Below are positions 37,119 through 50,504 of a stretch of 64,000 bases of DNA, one piece after another. The stretch comes from Chara braunii (lineage: Eukaryota; Plantae; Charophyceae). The notes under the pieces were generated by a model. It saw nothing but the letters and a program-made list of their open reading frames with translations. It had not been told where the DNA came from and did no database searches. The stretch spans positions 4,662,153 to 4,726,152 of the forward strand of contig BFEA01000015.1 of the NCBI GenBank assembly GCA_003427395.1. The letters run 5' to 3'. The translations under genes and the position numbers were made by a program. The number at the start of each line of letters is the position of its first letter. Position 1 is the first letter of the stretch.

Positions 37119-38375
37119 GTAAGTATGTGTTCTTCCCCGAGGAGCATGCGCAGTGTAGCTCTTTCTAGTGTGATGACTGTCTGTGTTGTTGTTGCCCTCA
37201 TTTACTGGTGAGAGGTCACATGATTGAAGTTTTGGTTATATACGTTTCATGCCTCTCACTGCTGTTGCCTCCTGTGGTCGGGGTATATGTATTGGGCATG
37301 CCCTTACCGTTTCCAGATGTGAAGGTGTTCTGCCCTTTTTGCATAAACTGACGGGGAGAGGGCACTCACCATGGTGGTTTTTTTTCCGAGACCAGAATGT
37401 CTTCACATCTGTGAACAGACACACAGCACGACCAACAGATTTAGCAAACAGCACAGGAGTTGGACTCAGGCTGAGCAGGCAAGCAGATGACATACGTATA
37501 CAACATATAGGCTGATCGCAGACATACTCAGAAAACACAGCAAACAGACTAAGAGTCGGGATTCTCAGCTGATCAAAGGACAGCATTTTCTCAGAAAAGT
37601 GCAGAGTTCAGACTGCGACTCTGGGGGCCATTGCAGTCTCTTCTCAGAACGCAGCTTGCAATTCCCGTCAGTGCACATTAACTGACCTACCTAGGAACGC
37701 ATACAACATTTTACAACAAACACACGCTGACACTTCCTTCTGTTTGGCCGGAGGATCCCTGAACAGCATTGATTATTTCTTTTCTGGAGGATTGACTGTC
37801 AGCCTGCCATCGCTTTTCACATCCCTCTCAGACCCTTTCCCAAGGCTGTCAGATTCAACTTTATCACCAAGAATAAGGTTAAGAATTGATGGCTGGCTCT
37901 CGTGTCCGTAGTTTTCTCCAAAATATATTGAGGTAGAGCCATACTTGTGGCGCATTACATGCGCGCCGCAGCCACACGTGCGGCGCAAACCGGACATACA
38001 TGCATGTGTGCGCACATGATGCGGCGCATGGCAAAAAATAGGGGTAAAAAAAAAAGGTGGAGGAGGGGCAGGGTGTGATGTCTTCATTGGAAGAGGTAGA
38101 GCACTCAATGGGGCTGTGTGGGCCAAAGCTTGACCAACCCCCAAGGAAACTCTGAAAAGCACAACTGCAGATACTAACCAGCATTTCCACTACTCTTATG
38201 CAGCACTTCTACTCGTCACTACAGGACGAAGTTGGTGAGGGCATTCACAGATCGTTTTGATAATGTGAAAGGACGGAGGAGAATTGAGTTTTGTGTGAGG
38301 TGCAGAATGAATCTGGAGACGGTGAGATGGGACATTAGGAAATTTGACAGAATTGTTCTTTTTGATTGATGTCAG

Positions 38376-38530
38376 GCCCTTACATTTGTGCGCGTCAACT
38401 GGAGAAGTAGCTGTGGTCAGAAGATGGTTGGAACTAGCAACAGCAGAAGAAATTCAGGCTGCCATTGAAGTAAGATCTATGGCCACACTGCTTCGCATGG
38501 CAGCAACTCTAAAGAAAGGGCTCGAGAAAG
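38376..38530 (+). CDS. KEG: KEG exon 8: ankyrin repeat
   Basis: gtcag|G acceptor; (T)PLHLCASTGEVAVVRRWLELATAEEIQAAIE; G|GTGAGT donor, phase 1. Confidence 0.92.
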
Positions 38531-38690
38531 GTGAGTCTTGGCAGAGAAACCAAATGGTGTAAAAAAGAAAAACTCGGAAGAGTGTTTGGCCATGCCCATA
38601 TGCTGTCAGCAACTTAGCAATGTTATTATGGCATTTCAAAAGCTTTGGTTTTCAATGCCCTCTACTCTTAGCATGTGTTTCGTAGGCAAT

Positions 38691-38753
<63 letters not shown>

Positions 38754-39380
38754 AGGGGGACGAGGTGGAAGGCGGCCGAATATCCTCAGAAAGAATGTTG
38801 TAGAGACGAAGAATGGGGTAAGAGACGCCATGCAGTCAATATAGTAGGGATTGGAGGGGAGGAAAAGCAGAGAGATGGGGATGTAATGATAGGAGGGTGA
38901 CTTGTTTGATGTGGATGAACAGACCCAATTACTTGCCAGTGGCGCTGCGTGGTCTCCTTTTTTCAGGGTCCGAGTGCCATCTTTGAAATTCTTTGCATGG
39001 AGGCCTTTGTTTTCCCCTTCTCGGTGGTCTTCGATTCACACTCGCTGCACAAAGCCAGACAAAATCACATCAACTTTTGGCCCTCCCCCCTGCCCCCTCC
39101 CAGCTGGTTGCAGGATGATCTCTTGGATGATCAACTGCTCAGACTTGTTTCCACAAAAAATATGGGAGGATAGGCCGCCAGGTTCTGAGTCTTCTGACTG
39201 CTCAGACCAGTAGGTGAATAATGTCGATGTGGCCTGCATGGGTGATTTTGTAGAGTCCGTTATTGCTATGGTTTTCACTTGCAATCTTTATTTCATATAC
39301 CTCCCAAGTTTGGTTTGCTTTCCTTGCTCATGGGTCCATTGCTCTCCTCTGTTTTCTCTGGTTGTTGTACTCTCCTGCAG

Positions 39381-39637
39381 AGGCACGAGAGCTTGTGTCC
39401 TTGCTATTAACTGCAGGTGCTGATCCCACGGTCGTAGATAGTCAAAGGGGTCAGACCGCTCTGCATGCTGCTGCAATAGCAGGCGATAGAGAGATGGTGG
39501 AAATCATACTGGATGCAGGTGTCGATGTGGATATCCGGGATGTGCACTTTTGCACTCCACTGCACGATGCTCTTTCTCGAGGCAGGAAAGATGTGGTTGG
39601 ACTGTTGCTGGAGAGAGGGGCTGACTGCAATGCGAAG
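39381..39637 (+). CDS. KEG: KEG exon 9: ankyrin repeats
   Basis: cctgcag| acceptor; EARELVSLLLTAGADPT...GQTALHAAA...TPLHDALSRG...GADCNAK; AAG|GTATGT donor. Confidence 0.95.
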
Positions 39638-39780
39638 GTATGTTAATTTGTTATCTCATCCGTTCTTTCAGAGATTGTGAAGGGGCACGAGTGGACATTC
39701 TGAATATGGACATCCAGCACTGACATCTGGATGCCTCTGTCTCTAGTACTCCAGCGAATCTCGTAGCAAATGTTGACCCC

Positions 39781-39950
39781 TAGGCTACCAGAGTGGCCCG
39801 GGACCACTTCGCGGCAGGCCGAAATATAACAAAAATAATTAAAAAAAATCTATATATATCGTCACAAACAGATATATATTTTATTTAAAGAATTTCGATG
39901 TGACCCGGAGGCAAAAGTTGTTCAGTTTATCTTTCTGCGTAACAGTCTTT
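39781..39950 (+). mobile_element. Family A element, 5' part
   Basis: TAGGCTACCAGAGTGGCCCGGGACCACTT...AATTTCGATGTGACCCGGAGGCAAAAGTT matches positions 1-140. Confidence 0.65.
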
Positions 39951-42017
39951 TTTTTTTCTTTTTTTTTTGTTGGGACCTTCTCAAGCGGGGTGTCAAGCTG
40001 TCAACCTATGAACTGAGGTCGCTGGATTTCACTCGTAACTTCTCGGATGAAGCCAGTTATTCTTCTTAGCGGATTCATCACCACTCGTTTGACGTTGTCA
40101 CTCTCCGCACCGCTGTTAACGCTTGAAGTCCTTGTCAGTGTATAAACCACCAGTTCAGCTGAGATGAAGTTGATGCCTTTCAGGAGGACAAGGAGCAACC
40201 CCACCACTTCAGCCTACCGGACCCAAGGGGGGGGTGTGCAAAAGTCCGAGTACCGCTTTGGCAATTTTTAAATGTAATTGTTCTGTCGACATAAAATTCA
40301 GGAAAGTTGGGGAATGTTGCTTAGATTACTCCGAATGAGGGGGAGGGGAAATAGCGAATAAACAAAAATAGGTTTGCCCGTGAAAAAATGTCCGCAAAAA
40401 ACCAAATGCTGCATTTTTCAATCAAAGTCGGTGCGACTTGGCAGGAGTGACGTTTTAGACTGGGCAGGTCCGGTGAGCGGTTTTGTTTTTCGATTCACAA
40501 ACTTGGATCAGGTGAAGTGGTGGCAAGGCACTGGAACTCACTTGTGTGAGTCGATGGCTATTATGAAATTGGGAAATGTTGAAGTGAAACTCAATGATAT
40601 CAATGGGTTCTCGTCAAATCGATTTCTGCTGTTCCACACCGATCTATCATGATTTGATATGTTATTCACCCTTCTCTCACTGTGTGTTCAAATGGGTAGC
40701 TCTCTATACTTTTATCCATTGTATNNNNNNNNNNNNNNNNNNNNNNNNNNNNNNNNNNNNNNNNNNNNNNNNNNNNNNNNNNNNNNNNNNNNNNNNNNNN
40801 NNNNNNNNNNNNNNNNNNNNNNNNNNNNNNNNNNNNNNNNNNNNTCTGTTTACTGGATTATGAAAGTCCGTTTCTGTCCATCCTTCTTTTCTACCCCTCT
40901 CTGTTGCCTCGAGTTGTAATTAAATATTTCCCTTCTGCTTGCCCTCCAATCCTGCTTACCGGCTGCTCTTTCTGCCGGAATTCACACATTTGTTCTGTGA
41001 ATACACTCTTCGGTGTTTGCTATGTCAGTATGTGGCAATAATATTGTTGCAAAGAACTGCCCTGTGAACGGTTGAAGGTGGAGAAGGGAATAGAGGACAA
41101 CAAGAGGTTGTGACTGACTATTCCATTGGGTTTGACTGATTCAGCAGGATGCTAAATATTTTACGATTACCTGTTCTGTTTCTCCCTGGGCCTAAGTGTA
41201 TACAAATACTGCACATGAGTTATTGAATAGATCTGCCTGACAGGATCTCTTCCGACTGGCCCGTGCTACGGAGCCCAAATGAGAGAGATGATGCAATCAA
41301 AGCGGGGCTCTGAGAGATTTTGTTTTTGGCTGTTGTGGACTGAATGTCTATGCTTGTAGTATAGGCATAGAAAGGCGAGGGTTATCTTGCTTTTTACGAG
41401 TGTGTGCTATCGCTGGAGTGGGCTGAGTGCAATGATGTGATTGTAGCAGAGCAGGATGGATCCTGTTACTAAAGTTTACCAGTCGCGGACCACATTCCGA
41501 CAGCCCTTGGTACCCCCCATGGTCACTTCTCTTTCATTTGAATGCCGAAATTGATGGGCTCTGTTTGCTGTCAGGGCGCCAATGTACATGGCCGCCATGT
41601 AGTTGTTTCACTGCTGTTGTGGGTGGCCGGCATAGTTGTTTCGCTGCTGTTGCAGGCGGCTGTCCGATGTAATGATGCGGGACGTTCAATGTAGAATGTT
41701 TTCCTTCTGACGCCCCATGAGTTTATGTTGTCCTTCTAATTCTGATCATTCGGTCTGTTGGATTCTTCTCATGCCCGCTTCTTACATCACCCGAGACATC
41801 CCAAAAGAAAAGAGCAGTGCACGCACGACAAAGTGGCACCCCTGAAAAAACAAACAGCTGACACAAACGTGCAAAAATACAACTGTGGGAAGCCCACTCT
41901 TGGCAAGCAGTGTGGTGAGGCCCACAAGGAACAAAAATGACCGATGTGCCCAGCCAAAGGCCTGTGAAGGCACAAAAACGGTTGATGCGAACGCATCCAA
42001 GCAAACACACAGAGAGA

Positions 42018-42060
<43 letters not shown>

Positions 42061-42439
42061 GTCTCTGCGTTCGAGTTTTGGATGCGTTGTAAACTTCGTG
42101 CTGAAAAAGTTGGTTTCTCTCTCTTCTTGTTCTTATTCCCTTCATCTTCTTCTTCTTATTATTCTTGGTAGTCGCTTGCTGCTTCCCTTGCTGTTGTGGA
42201 AGTTTCCATTGTGCAGAAACAGGCCTCAAATTCCCAATAGCAACCCACCACCCACCACCCCAGACCCTCAACCCCCTCTCCCCCTCCCCGTCCTTTCTTT
42301 CAGGCCCCAACAAAGTGACTGGTTCACATTTTTTAGAGCCGATTCTGCGGGCACACACTTGTACTAGAGTTTTAGGCCCAGTTGGACAGGGAGTGGCTTG
42401 TTTGATACTTGACTGTTGTTATTAAATCTATGATTGCAG

Positions 42440-42561
42440 GATGATGATGGTAATACAACATTACACATTGCTGCGGAAATGGCGGTGGTTCAGGAGAACC
42501 TATATTGGCTTGGGGTCATGCTCCAGAGAGAGGATGCGGATGTTGACTGCAAAAATCATAG
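42440..42561 (+). CDS. KEG: KEG exon 10: last ankyrin repeat
   Basis: ttgcag| acceptor; DDDGNTTLHIAAE...ENLYWLGVML...DVDCKNH; AG|GTATTC donor. Confidence 0.93.
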
Positions 42562-43017
42562 GTATTCAAAACATTTCAAGAACAACAGGAGGAAGGTGCG
42601 ATTACAGAGAAATGAAAGTAGAGAAGAACTGCACCAAGACATTTTGGAGAAAAAGAGAAATGGAGATGTAAAACAACTGGATGGTTCAATAACTGGGATA
42701 ACCTGAGTTTAGGACATGTTTTTAGGAAACCGATATCCCACATCCACTTCTGAAGCTATCAGAGTTCTATGACTATTGAGCTTTTGTGGGGAACAATATG
42801 GAACCACTTCATTAACATATCCAAAAGAGAATCACTACAGTTTAATGCAGTACAAAATTCAGTGAAGTGCTCCCGTCCATCTGAAGCATAAGGACGAGTG
42901 TTGTGGCTGGGGAGCCAAAAATATGTAAATGTGTGGGCCTTTTGGATGGAGAGTGTTGATTAATTGTACGACCATCCGCTTGGGTGTGTGAGAGCACCCT
43001 CTGGGTTCTGACCGTCT

Positions 43018-43089
43018 GGGTGTATAGCTTAACTCGGAGACCGAGGGCTTTGTCCCTATTGGTCGCAGGTTCAAATCCTGCTATGCCCA
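43018..43089 (+). pseudogene. tRNA pseudogene resembling plant mitochondrial trnK(UUU)
   Basis: Acceptor stem GGGTGTA/TATGCCC plus discriminator A; perfect T arm GCAGG-TTCAAAT-CCTGC; D arm and anticodon loop are damaged. Confidence 0.7.
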
Positions 43090-43974
43090 GTTGTTGCATT
43101 CAGATCAGAACCTGGGAAGGTAGCTGGGGAGGAGAAACAATTCAGACTCTTACCGCTACCACTCTGAAACAGTAAATGACCCGTGTGAAATAAGAGAGGT
43201 AAGAGTGTGCTTGGGCGCTGGTTTCAGTATCATCTGATTGCCAAAGAAGAAGACATAATCCACCCTAAGTGAGATGATTAGAGATGCACAAGCAACTGTT
43301 CTGATTGTTGTCGTTCCATGATTTGTTTTTAAACTTTTTTTCCTTTTGTGAGCTCCGTTGTGCTTGTGTTTCGTACTTTGTCTTCTTTTTCTGATTGATG
43401 GTTCGTGAAGGTCGCGGAATTCTGTCTTCGTATTGCGATTGATGGTTTGTGACCGTCCAGGATTCCGAGGATAGAAAGGAAGCCTTCGCCGCACTGCCGT
43501 TTCAGTGTATTTTGTTCCTTTTCATGCATTTTGGTCTCTTCTCCTTGACATCGTGTCTGATCTCTTGTGATCCTCTTTTGCATGGGAGGTAGTGTGAGGC
43601 ATGCTTGCTTTTGTGTCCTCTCTGATTCGAGGATTTCCTGTTTGCCTCGGAGTCGTGTTTTTCTTCCAGGTTCTCAATGGTCTTGGACCTGTTTTTCTTG
43701 AGTTGTGATTAATATCGATAGCCTGTCCCCCTCTTTGTCATTTCCCCCCTCTTGTCTCAAGTCCTGATAATTTCTCTGCTTCTACATGGCCCTAAAGCCA
43801 GAGGAAACCTAGTCTGAAACGACTACTTCCTTGAAAGAATGCTTTTCTCCAGATTTTGCCGGGGGATGAGAGTGCTATTGGACGGTCTCGTGGCAGTCTA
43901 TAGCTCCATGGCATTTGTGCCAAGATACTTTGGCCATAGTCCACTGTCAGAGCAAATATGCCAGGCTCTTGCAG

Positions 43975-44140
43975 GCAAGGCCCAATGTTTGGTGAGCCAA
44001 GGTCGGCCGAAATACATTTGGGGGCATTGGTGGTTTAAGAGAGTATGAAGAACTGGTAGTCTTGCCCAATGTTTGGTGAGCCAAGGTCGGCTGAAATACA
44101 TTTGCGGGCATTGGTGGCTGACGAGAGTATGAAGAACTCA
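43975..44140. repeat. Tandem duplication of ~84 bp
   Basis: GCCCAATGTTTGGTGAGCCAAGGTCGGC...GAGAGTATGAAGAACT twice. Confidence 0.85.
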
Positions 44141-44452
44141 TCGTCTGACATGGATAGTAATAACGTCGTCTTGCTGAAGTAGGGTGAATGAGGTCTTCAA
44201 GGCAGTGATGGGGCTTGTTGGGTTAACAATTGCATTGCCAGACTTTAGAGTCGTCAAAGTATGGTTTTGCCATTGCAAATTTGAAGCAAGCTTTTTTGTT
44301 CTAATAAATCGGAGGACAGCTGTATCAGGTACTCTATGGCTTCCGAGGACAGTGTTGTTGGATACTGAGTGCATGCCCCATGTTTTTACGAGTTCCTTGG
44401 CGTGTCCTTGACTTACAATTTGTCCTGCTGTTGCATGGATGATGGCTGGCAG

Positions 44453-44557
44453 TGGTCAAACGGTCAAGGATCTCCTTGAAGGCTTACCTAGGGAATGGAT
44501 CTCAGAGGATTTGGAACAAATCCTGATGTCCCGGGGAATTGTGCTTGCACCAACCAT
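44453..44557 (+). CDS. KEG: KEG exon 11 (reading frame absent from the ORF track)
   Basis: ggcag|T acceptor; SGQTVKDLLEGLPREWISEDLEQILMSRGIVLAPTI; AT|GTAAGT donor. Confidence 0.93.
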
Positions 44558-45197
44558 GTAAGTTCTTTGCTACTGACCTCTCGACTCCCTATCTCAGCCT
44601 CCGTAACACTCCCGCTGCATCCCACAGTTGTTACTGCATGTTGTTGTCTTTGTTGTACATCGCAGCCACTCCTTTCCTGAAAGACTTTTCCAAAGTATAG
44701 AACACACTCGGTTCGAACCACTGAGCATTTGCAGCTGAACATCACAAAAGCGAAGAACCGCAAAACCCATGGTTCCAGCTGCAAGGAACTGTCCCAACCT
44801 CACGGCAGTACAATCGCAGATGACGCTAATTCTCAACAAGCATGATGAAGAGGGTGCCACAAATCGAGTATTTGAATTTATTTCATTTTACACAAATTTA
44901 CAGCGATTTTGTTGTTTTTGTATGTTGTAGTCACCCTTTGCGGATGTGTTTTTTTTAGTTCATTATTTCATTAAATTCATTTTCATTCAGGATTTAATTC
45001 AATTAATTGAATTTGATTTGGAATTTGGATGTATATTTTGTTCTCATTTCTTTCCCAATCTGGAGTGTTGGCTTCAATTTTCTTTTTTTGTTTCAGAAAA
45101 AGGAACATGCTGGAATATTTATTGTTAACACCTGCGCTGCTTTTAGAAGTATCCACGAGTTTAAAAGTATTAAGATCTGGTTTGTTGTTGTTTGCAG

Positions 45198-45434
45198 ATT
45201 TGACCCTGGTGACTGGGTGACGTTTAGGCGTTTTGTAGATGAATCCCTTTATGACTGGGGTGAAGTGATGCCCAGGTCAGTGGGCCTGGTTCTGAGTGTT
45301 GACAAGGAGGCCTCTGAGCTCATTGTGACGTTCTGTGGGCATGAGATGCAAGTGTCGCCCAAGGATGTGCGGAAGATTGTGCCATTTGAGAGAGGACAGC
45401 ATGTCAGAGTGAAGGCTGAAGTCAAACAGCCCAG
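45198..45434 (+). CDS. KEG: KEG exon 12: first HERC2-like repeats
   Basis: ttgcag|A acceptor; FDPGDWVTFRR...SVGLV...FERGQHVRVKAEVKQPR; AG|GTAGTC donor. Confidence 0.93.
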
Positions 45435-45719
45435 GTAGTCCGCCCTCAATTTTGCACACTGCCCTGTCGACTCTCCTCTCCTTTCTTTCCTTCTTTTGGT
45501 TTCCAAAATTATATTTCACCAGATAATGGTTGTTGCTGTCTTTTTCACCTAAAACTGAACGGGCGCGATGCAGTTTTTTTTCCGTTTCCCCAGTTTACTG
45601 GTGGTTTAAAGGGGAGTTTGCTGGTGTGAGTGGGCCGCTCCACTTGGCTCCAGGGACTGAACATAGAAAAATGACCATTTCTCAATAGTCCAGAGCCAAG
45701 GGAGAGCAGGAACCTATTC

Positions 45720-48129
45720 TGCAAGGAATATGAGTGTGAATGATATACAGAAAACCAAGTTGTGAAATCACACAGATGTACAGGTAGTCATGTCCAAGCA
45801 GAGAGTACAAAATGCACCGAGAAACCATCTAATACAATGAAGTAATGAGCCAATGTTCAAGCCCGTAGGCCACACCAACACGGTATCCAAAGTCGCTCCT
45901 TTCTGTCTGGCGCCCAGCGCCCTGCCTACTCTACCCGACTATCCTATCTGCGGCTGGTTCACGCAACAGTCTCACTTCGACTCTCGAAGACCAATGTACA
46001 TGACTGTCAACACCATAGCTGACTTCTCTTCATGCACGTGGTACGTATCTCGTCACCCTCAATCAGACCTTGATAACCCCACACTCGCCTCCTTCCCTGA
46101 AGACCACCAGATCGTCCTTATTACCCCCTGGCACCCAGCAGCCCGGCTATGGCCGCCTTCGCCCCGCTGCCCTGCAGCGCCCCACTTCATCGCTATGCAC
46201 CCCGTCAGCACCCTTGGCCGCAGCGCAGCAGCACTTCTGTGTTGCCTGCACTGGCCAGAATGCCTGGCTTGGGCCTGGATGCTGCGTGTGGCCTGGCTGG
46301 AAGCTTCCAGTAGCTTCCGGTAGGGCCTCAGGCCCGGGACTACAATTGAGGGCCTGGGCCCTTTTCAGTTGGGCACGGCCTGAGTTTCCAGACTTGAGCT
46401 GTTTGCTGCATCTGTGCAGGGCTCCCAGGTAGCTGCGTCGGAAGTACTGCTTTAGCAAAGGTCGATGGCCTGCTTCCCAATGTATCGGCCCTGCTTTGTG
46501 TGTATGTGCCCAGGCGCAACTCTCAAGGCCTGGGCCAACTGTACGATGCAGCTTAGTGAGTGTTACATGCTGCGCCTGCAACAGGCTGCACGGGCCATTT
46601 TCAGGCCCGTGTCGTTCTCAGCCTGAAAGCCTGAAAACGACGAGGGCCTACAGACCCCATGTTGTTTTCAGGCCAAAAGCCTGAAAACAAGGGCCTACAG
46701 GCCCCGTGTCGTTTCAGCCTAAAAGCCTGAAAACGAGGGCCTACAGGCCCTGTGTCGTTTCAGGCTAAATCAGGGCCGTTCCGGCCCTGAGTATGAGTAT
46801 TTTCAGCCTGAAACTGAGGGCCATTTTCAGGCCATCATCAGATCGACCTGCCCTGAAACTCAGGCACCAGACCAGGGTTTAGCTCAGGCCATTTTTGGCC
46901 TATTTTCAAGACAACCTTTGTTTGAGCTTCAACCCCAGGGTCTGGCACGTGTTGGCATTGGCAAGAGCAGCCTCCTGGACGGGCCAGCACTATATAAGAC
47001 TGGCCCGCCCTGCAGGCTGCAGGTAGTGGGGAGGCTGCTCCTAGGTACTTCCCAGGCACTTCACGTGGAGGCAGGAGGCAGTCAGTAGTTTTCAGGATCG
47101 GCAGCAGCACTCTGGAGGAGCGCTGCAGGAGTAGTGGTAGCGTTAGCAGTAGTCTTCAGCGCTGGGCGCTAGTAGCGTTAGGTGTAGTCTTCAGCACTGG
47201 GCGCCATAGCTAGAATAGTACTAGAGAGAGAGATTTTGGGCGGAGGCCAGGGATACTTACCTGCAGCGCCGTTGCTCCAGCTTCGTCTTCGAGGTACCTG
47301 CATCACAGCGCCAACTTCACAGGTTAGTACCTCGCTCGTGAGAGAGAGAGTTCTTCTTCTTCCTCTTCTCAGTCCACCATCTCCCTCTCACCCTCTCATT
47401 ATCTGACTTCACTGCATCAGCAGACTACTAGAGAAAGAGAGAGAGAGAGAGCTTGGTGACATTGGATCCAGACTCGACTTTTGGGCTTCAGACATTTCGA
47501 CGAGGGATTATTTGGGACTTGTGACAACAACTTGGTGTTGACGACATTCCCATCTCTCCCCCTCTTCTTCGTTTGATCCCCTGCTCTTCGTCTGTGTATG
47601 TCTGGACCTGGCGCTTCCTTCCTGTGTATAGCGCCAGGCTCCTTCACACCTTGTGATGAGCATGATGTATGTTTGGTCTGCGTTGAAACATCGATTGGGC
47701 TAGTCATAGTATTCTAGCACTCTGCTTCGCTATCTTGTACTACGTGATAGAGGTCAGTCTCGGTCAGGTCAGGTCTTGTATCTAAGTCTTCCCTGCGCTA
47801 TAAAGCACCATTTTGTATGTATGGGAATGCACATTGCTTGTTGAGATTCTACTTGCACTGCATTGTCCATTCAGTCCTTTTTATCACATTGCGGATCCTC
47901 GGTTTTCTATGTACATCGCCCAACTGGGCATGTAACAGTGAGGCTCATGCGTCTACCCGACCAACTGGCGTGCTGCGAGAGCCCGAATACCCACATATGG
48001 AAATGTCAAAATTTGGCCTTCGACGAATATTCAGGCCCGCCTTCACTTAGGGCGGGCACTCGGCTTGCTGGGGCCTTAGCCCAGAACATGTGATGTCTGA
48101 TAGGGCCCCTTGAGGGCTCGTTCCTCACA
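45720..48129. mobile_element. Probable solo LTR, 2410 bp
   Basis: TG...CA ends with short inverted termini (TGCAAGGAA / TTCCTCACA); 4-bp TSD ATTC at 45716-45719 and 48130-48133; TATATAA at 46991; internal tandem repeats at ~46600-46870; no recognisable coding domain. Confidence 0.62.
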
Positions 48130-48495
48130 ATTCTCCCATCGTCTGTACCAGGTCATTGCCTAAAAGAGTGCAGGTCGGCTGACTGGCGATATGCCTTCTC
48201 ATCAAGAGTCACAGACTACACTTCACAAGCCCTCCTTGAGGGCAAGCACCAACTGGCCATGGTCTTCTTGGCTCTGCACTCCCTCCCTTACTTTCCCAAC
48301 TCCTCTTGGACAGCATCAGTCCTTGAGGTTTCATGTAAGGCAGCAGGCACTGTCATCTAGCACTAAGAGCTGCGCGCTTCCAGGATTGCGGGCTTGCATC
48401 CTGATGATGTGGATGGCACCACCAGCTTGGAACAGGCAAGAATGCGAGAGGAGATAAAGGCTGCTACTGATGGTAGGACAAGGATGAAATGTGCA

Positions 48496-48541
<46 letters not shown>

Positions 48542-48561
48542 NNNNNNNNNNNNNNNNNNNN

Positions 48562-48613
<52 letters not shown>

Positions 48614-49993
48614 TGCTCTCATATATCACTTTTGGCGAAGTCACAATGACAAGCAAAGGTAAGGCTCTAGAGGTGTTATGTTGCAAGAAGCCCAACCAGT
48701 ATGTCGGCTAGTAATGATGCCTTGATTGTTACGTCCTTTTTAAGAAATTTTTCCAGAAGTTAAAGATTTTTCAGGTTTGAGATAGCTAAGATTTTTGTAA
48801 TCAGAAAGTACGGTACCCTGGCCAACCAAGCCGCTAACTACGAAGGCTGGGAGGCAGAATGATCTTTGAGGGAGGAGAGAATGGGAGGCGGAGAAGCAAA
48901 GAGGGGGAAATGGAGACGTTCAGGTGAGAGTGCCCAGTCAATCAGCTCCCAACACATACCAAATTCTTCCTCGTAATCGTGCAGGGAGTGGCGGAGCTGT
49001 TGCATGCTGTTCTTCCAGATACAAGCTGCTATTGCCCTTGGCTGTGTGCATCACGTTGTTCATGAAACCCAGCTGTCTTGTGTCATGTGATCCCAGTTGT
49101 TAGTTATGTGAGGGTGTATGGAGTCCTTTCTACGATTGATATGCTGACTGCACCAAGTACGGAAAACTGGCAATCATCTCAGATAATTTTTCTTTATGTT
49201 GACTCGGAATGTGACAGAGTCCGGAAATCTTATCAAGAACTTGTATGTTTTGTAGCCCACTGTCTTGCAGCATTCCCCTGGCTCGACTCCATCCATGGGT
49301 TTCAGCCCGCCATGAATGATTGCTACTTTCTCATAAAATCTTTCTGCTCTCCTCTACTGAAGCAAAACTTGGAGGTTTGTCGAAAGAAGGGGAGTTGTTT
49401 GTTAATCAATCTTGAACCCCAAGGTTATTCCGATTGGACCCCCTCTGAACTGAGAGATGGGTACCCACCCACTCTGCCCATTTCCCCCCCTAGCGGAACG
49501 TCTTATCACCCGCTGAAGTTTCACAATCTCCTGGCCGGTTCAAGTTCCTCGTGTACCTGTCACGGGTAACCTACGAAGGGCAGGCTTGACTCCTTCGTTC
49601 GGCTCCAAGGACCGTCTTCCCCCCGGTTCATGGTAAATTGAATAAGACATCTGAGTTGCTTATACTCAATTTCGTGGCCTGGTTGTTGCAGCAGACTCTG
49701 AAGGTTAATCATTAACCTGGTACAGCTTTGGCTGTGATTCCAACATGGAGTGGTCAATTTCAGTGTCTGTTTTGAAAATGACGGAAGTTTGGATTGTTTT
49801 CATTTCTTTTTTCTTTTCGTGCTAATCTATGTCCAATTGACACTTGACAAGTCTAGACTCATTTGATCTTTTCGCTCTCTTCTACCTCTGAGAAAACAGA
49901 CCATCCTCATCAGTTTCTAAGTAACAGAAGGTTTTATGCTATGCATTCCAGAGGAACTGATGTGAACATTGGTGTCGTATTTATATTCTGCAG

Positions 49994-50138
49994 GTATGGA
50001 TGGAGGTGTCAAACGCATGAGAGTATCGGGACGATATTGTGCATTGATGAGGATGGCGTGCTGAGGGTGGGATTTGCGGGAGCTGCCAGAGGGTGGAAGG
50101 CGGACCCTGCAGACATGGAAAGAGCAGACGAGTACAAG
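49994..50138 (+). CDS. KEG: KEG exon 13: HERC2-like repeat
   Basis: ctgcag|G acceptor; YGWRCQTHESIGTILCIDEDGVLRVGFAGAARGWKADPADMERADEYK; AAG|GTGAGT donor. Confidence 0.95.
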
Positions 50139-50504
50139 GTGAGTTGGATTTCCCTCCTCCCCCTTTCTCACCGCCCCTTTCTTATTTGCCAATTGAAAGA
50201 AAAAAAAACAGGCCTAATGGTCCTTGCTCCTTGTCATTGGCAAAGTAAGGCGGATCAGTGCTGCTCCTTTTTCATTTGCAAGTTGAAGAGTTCGCAGCCA
50301 GGATATACCCAATTGCTTCGTTCCATTAAGGCCAAACAAAGGAACTCCTCAAAGACATTGATTGCTGCGTCAGCTGGAGGATTGACTGTCAGGTGACCCT
50401 TGTTTTCCTCTTGGATTCCTCTCAGCCCACCCGTTATGTACCATGTGGGCTGGCTGGTTGGCATGAAAAACTCGCAACTTCCGAGGCTCCTAACAAGCAA
50501 GAGT

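Noticed and set aside
40725-40844. 120-N gap in intron 9 that might hide a KEG exon (other gaps at 13409-13438, 48542-48561, 53500-53520)
   Set aside because: Flanking exons join in phase and the protein is continuous with recalled KEG sequence (CNAK|DDDG), so no missing exon is needed
47253-47263. ATACTTACCTG, identical to the U1 5' end
   Set aside because: No further U1 similarity; simply the reverse complement of a consensus splice donor within the solo LTR
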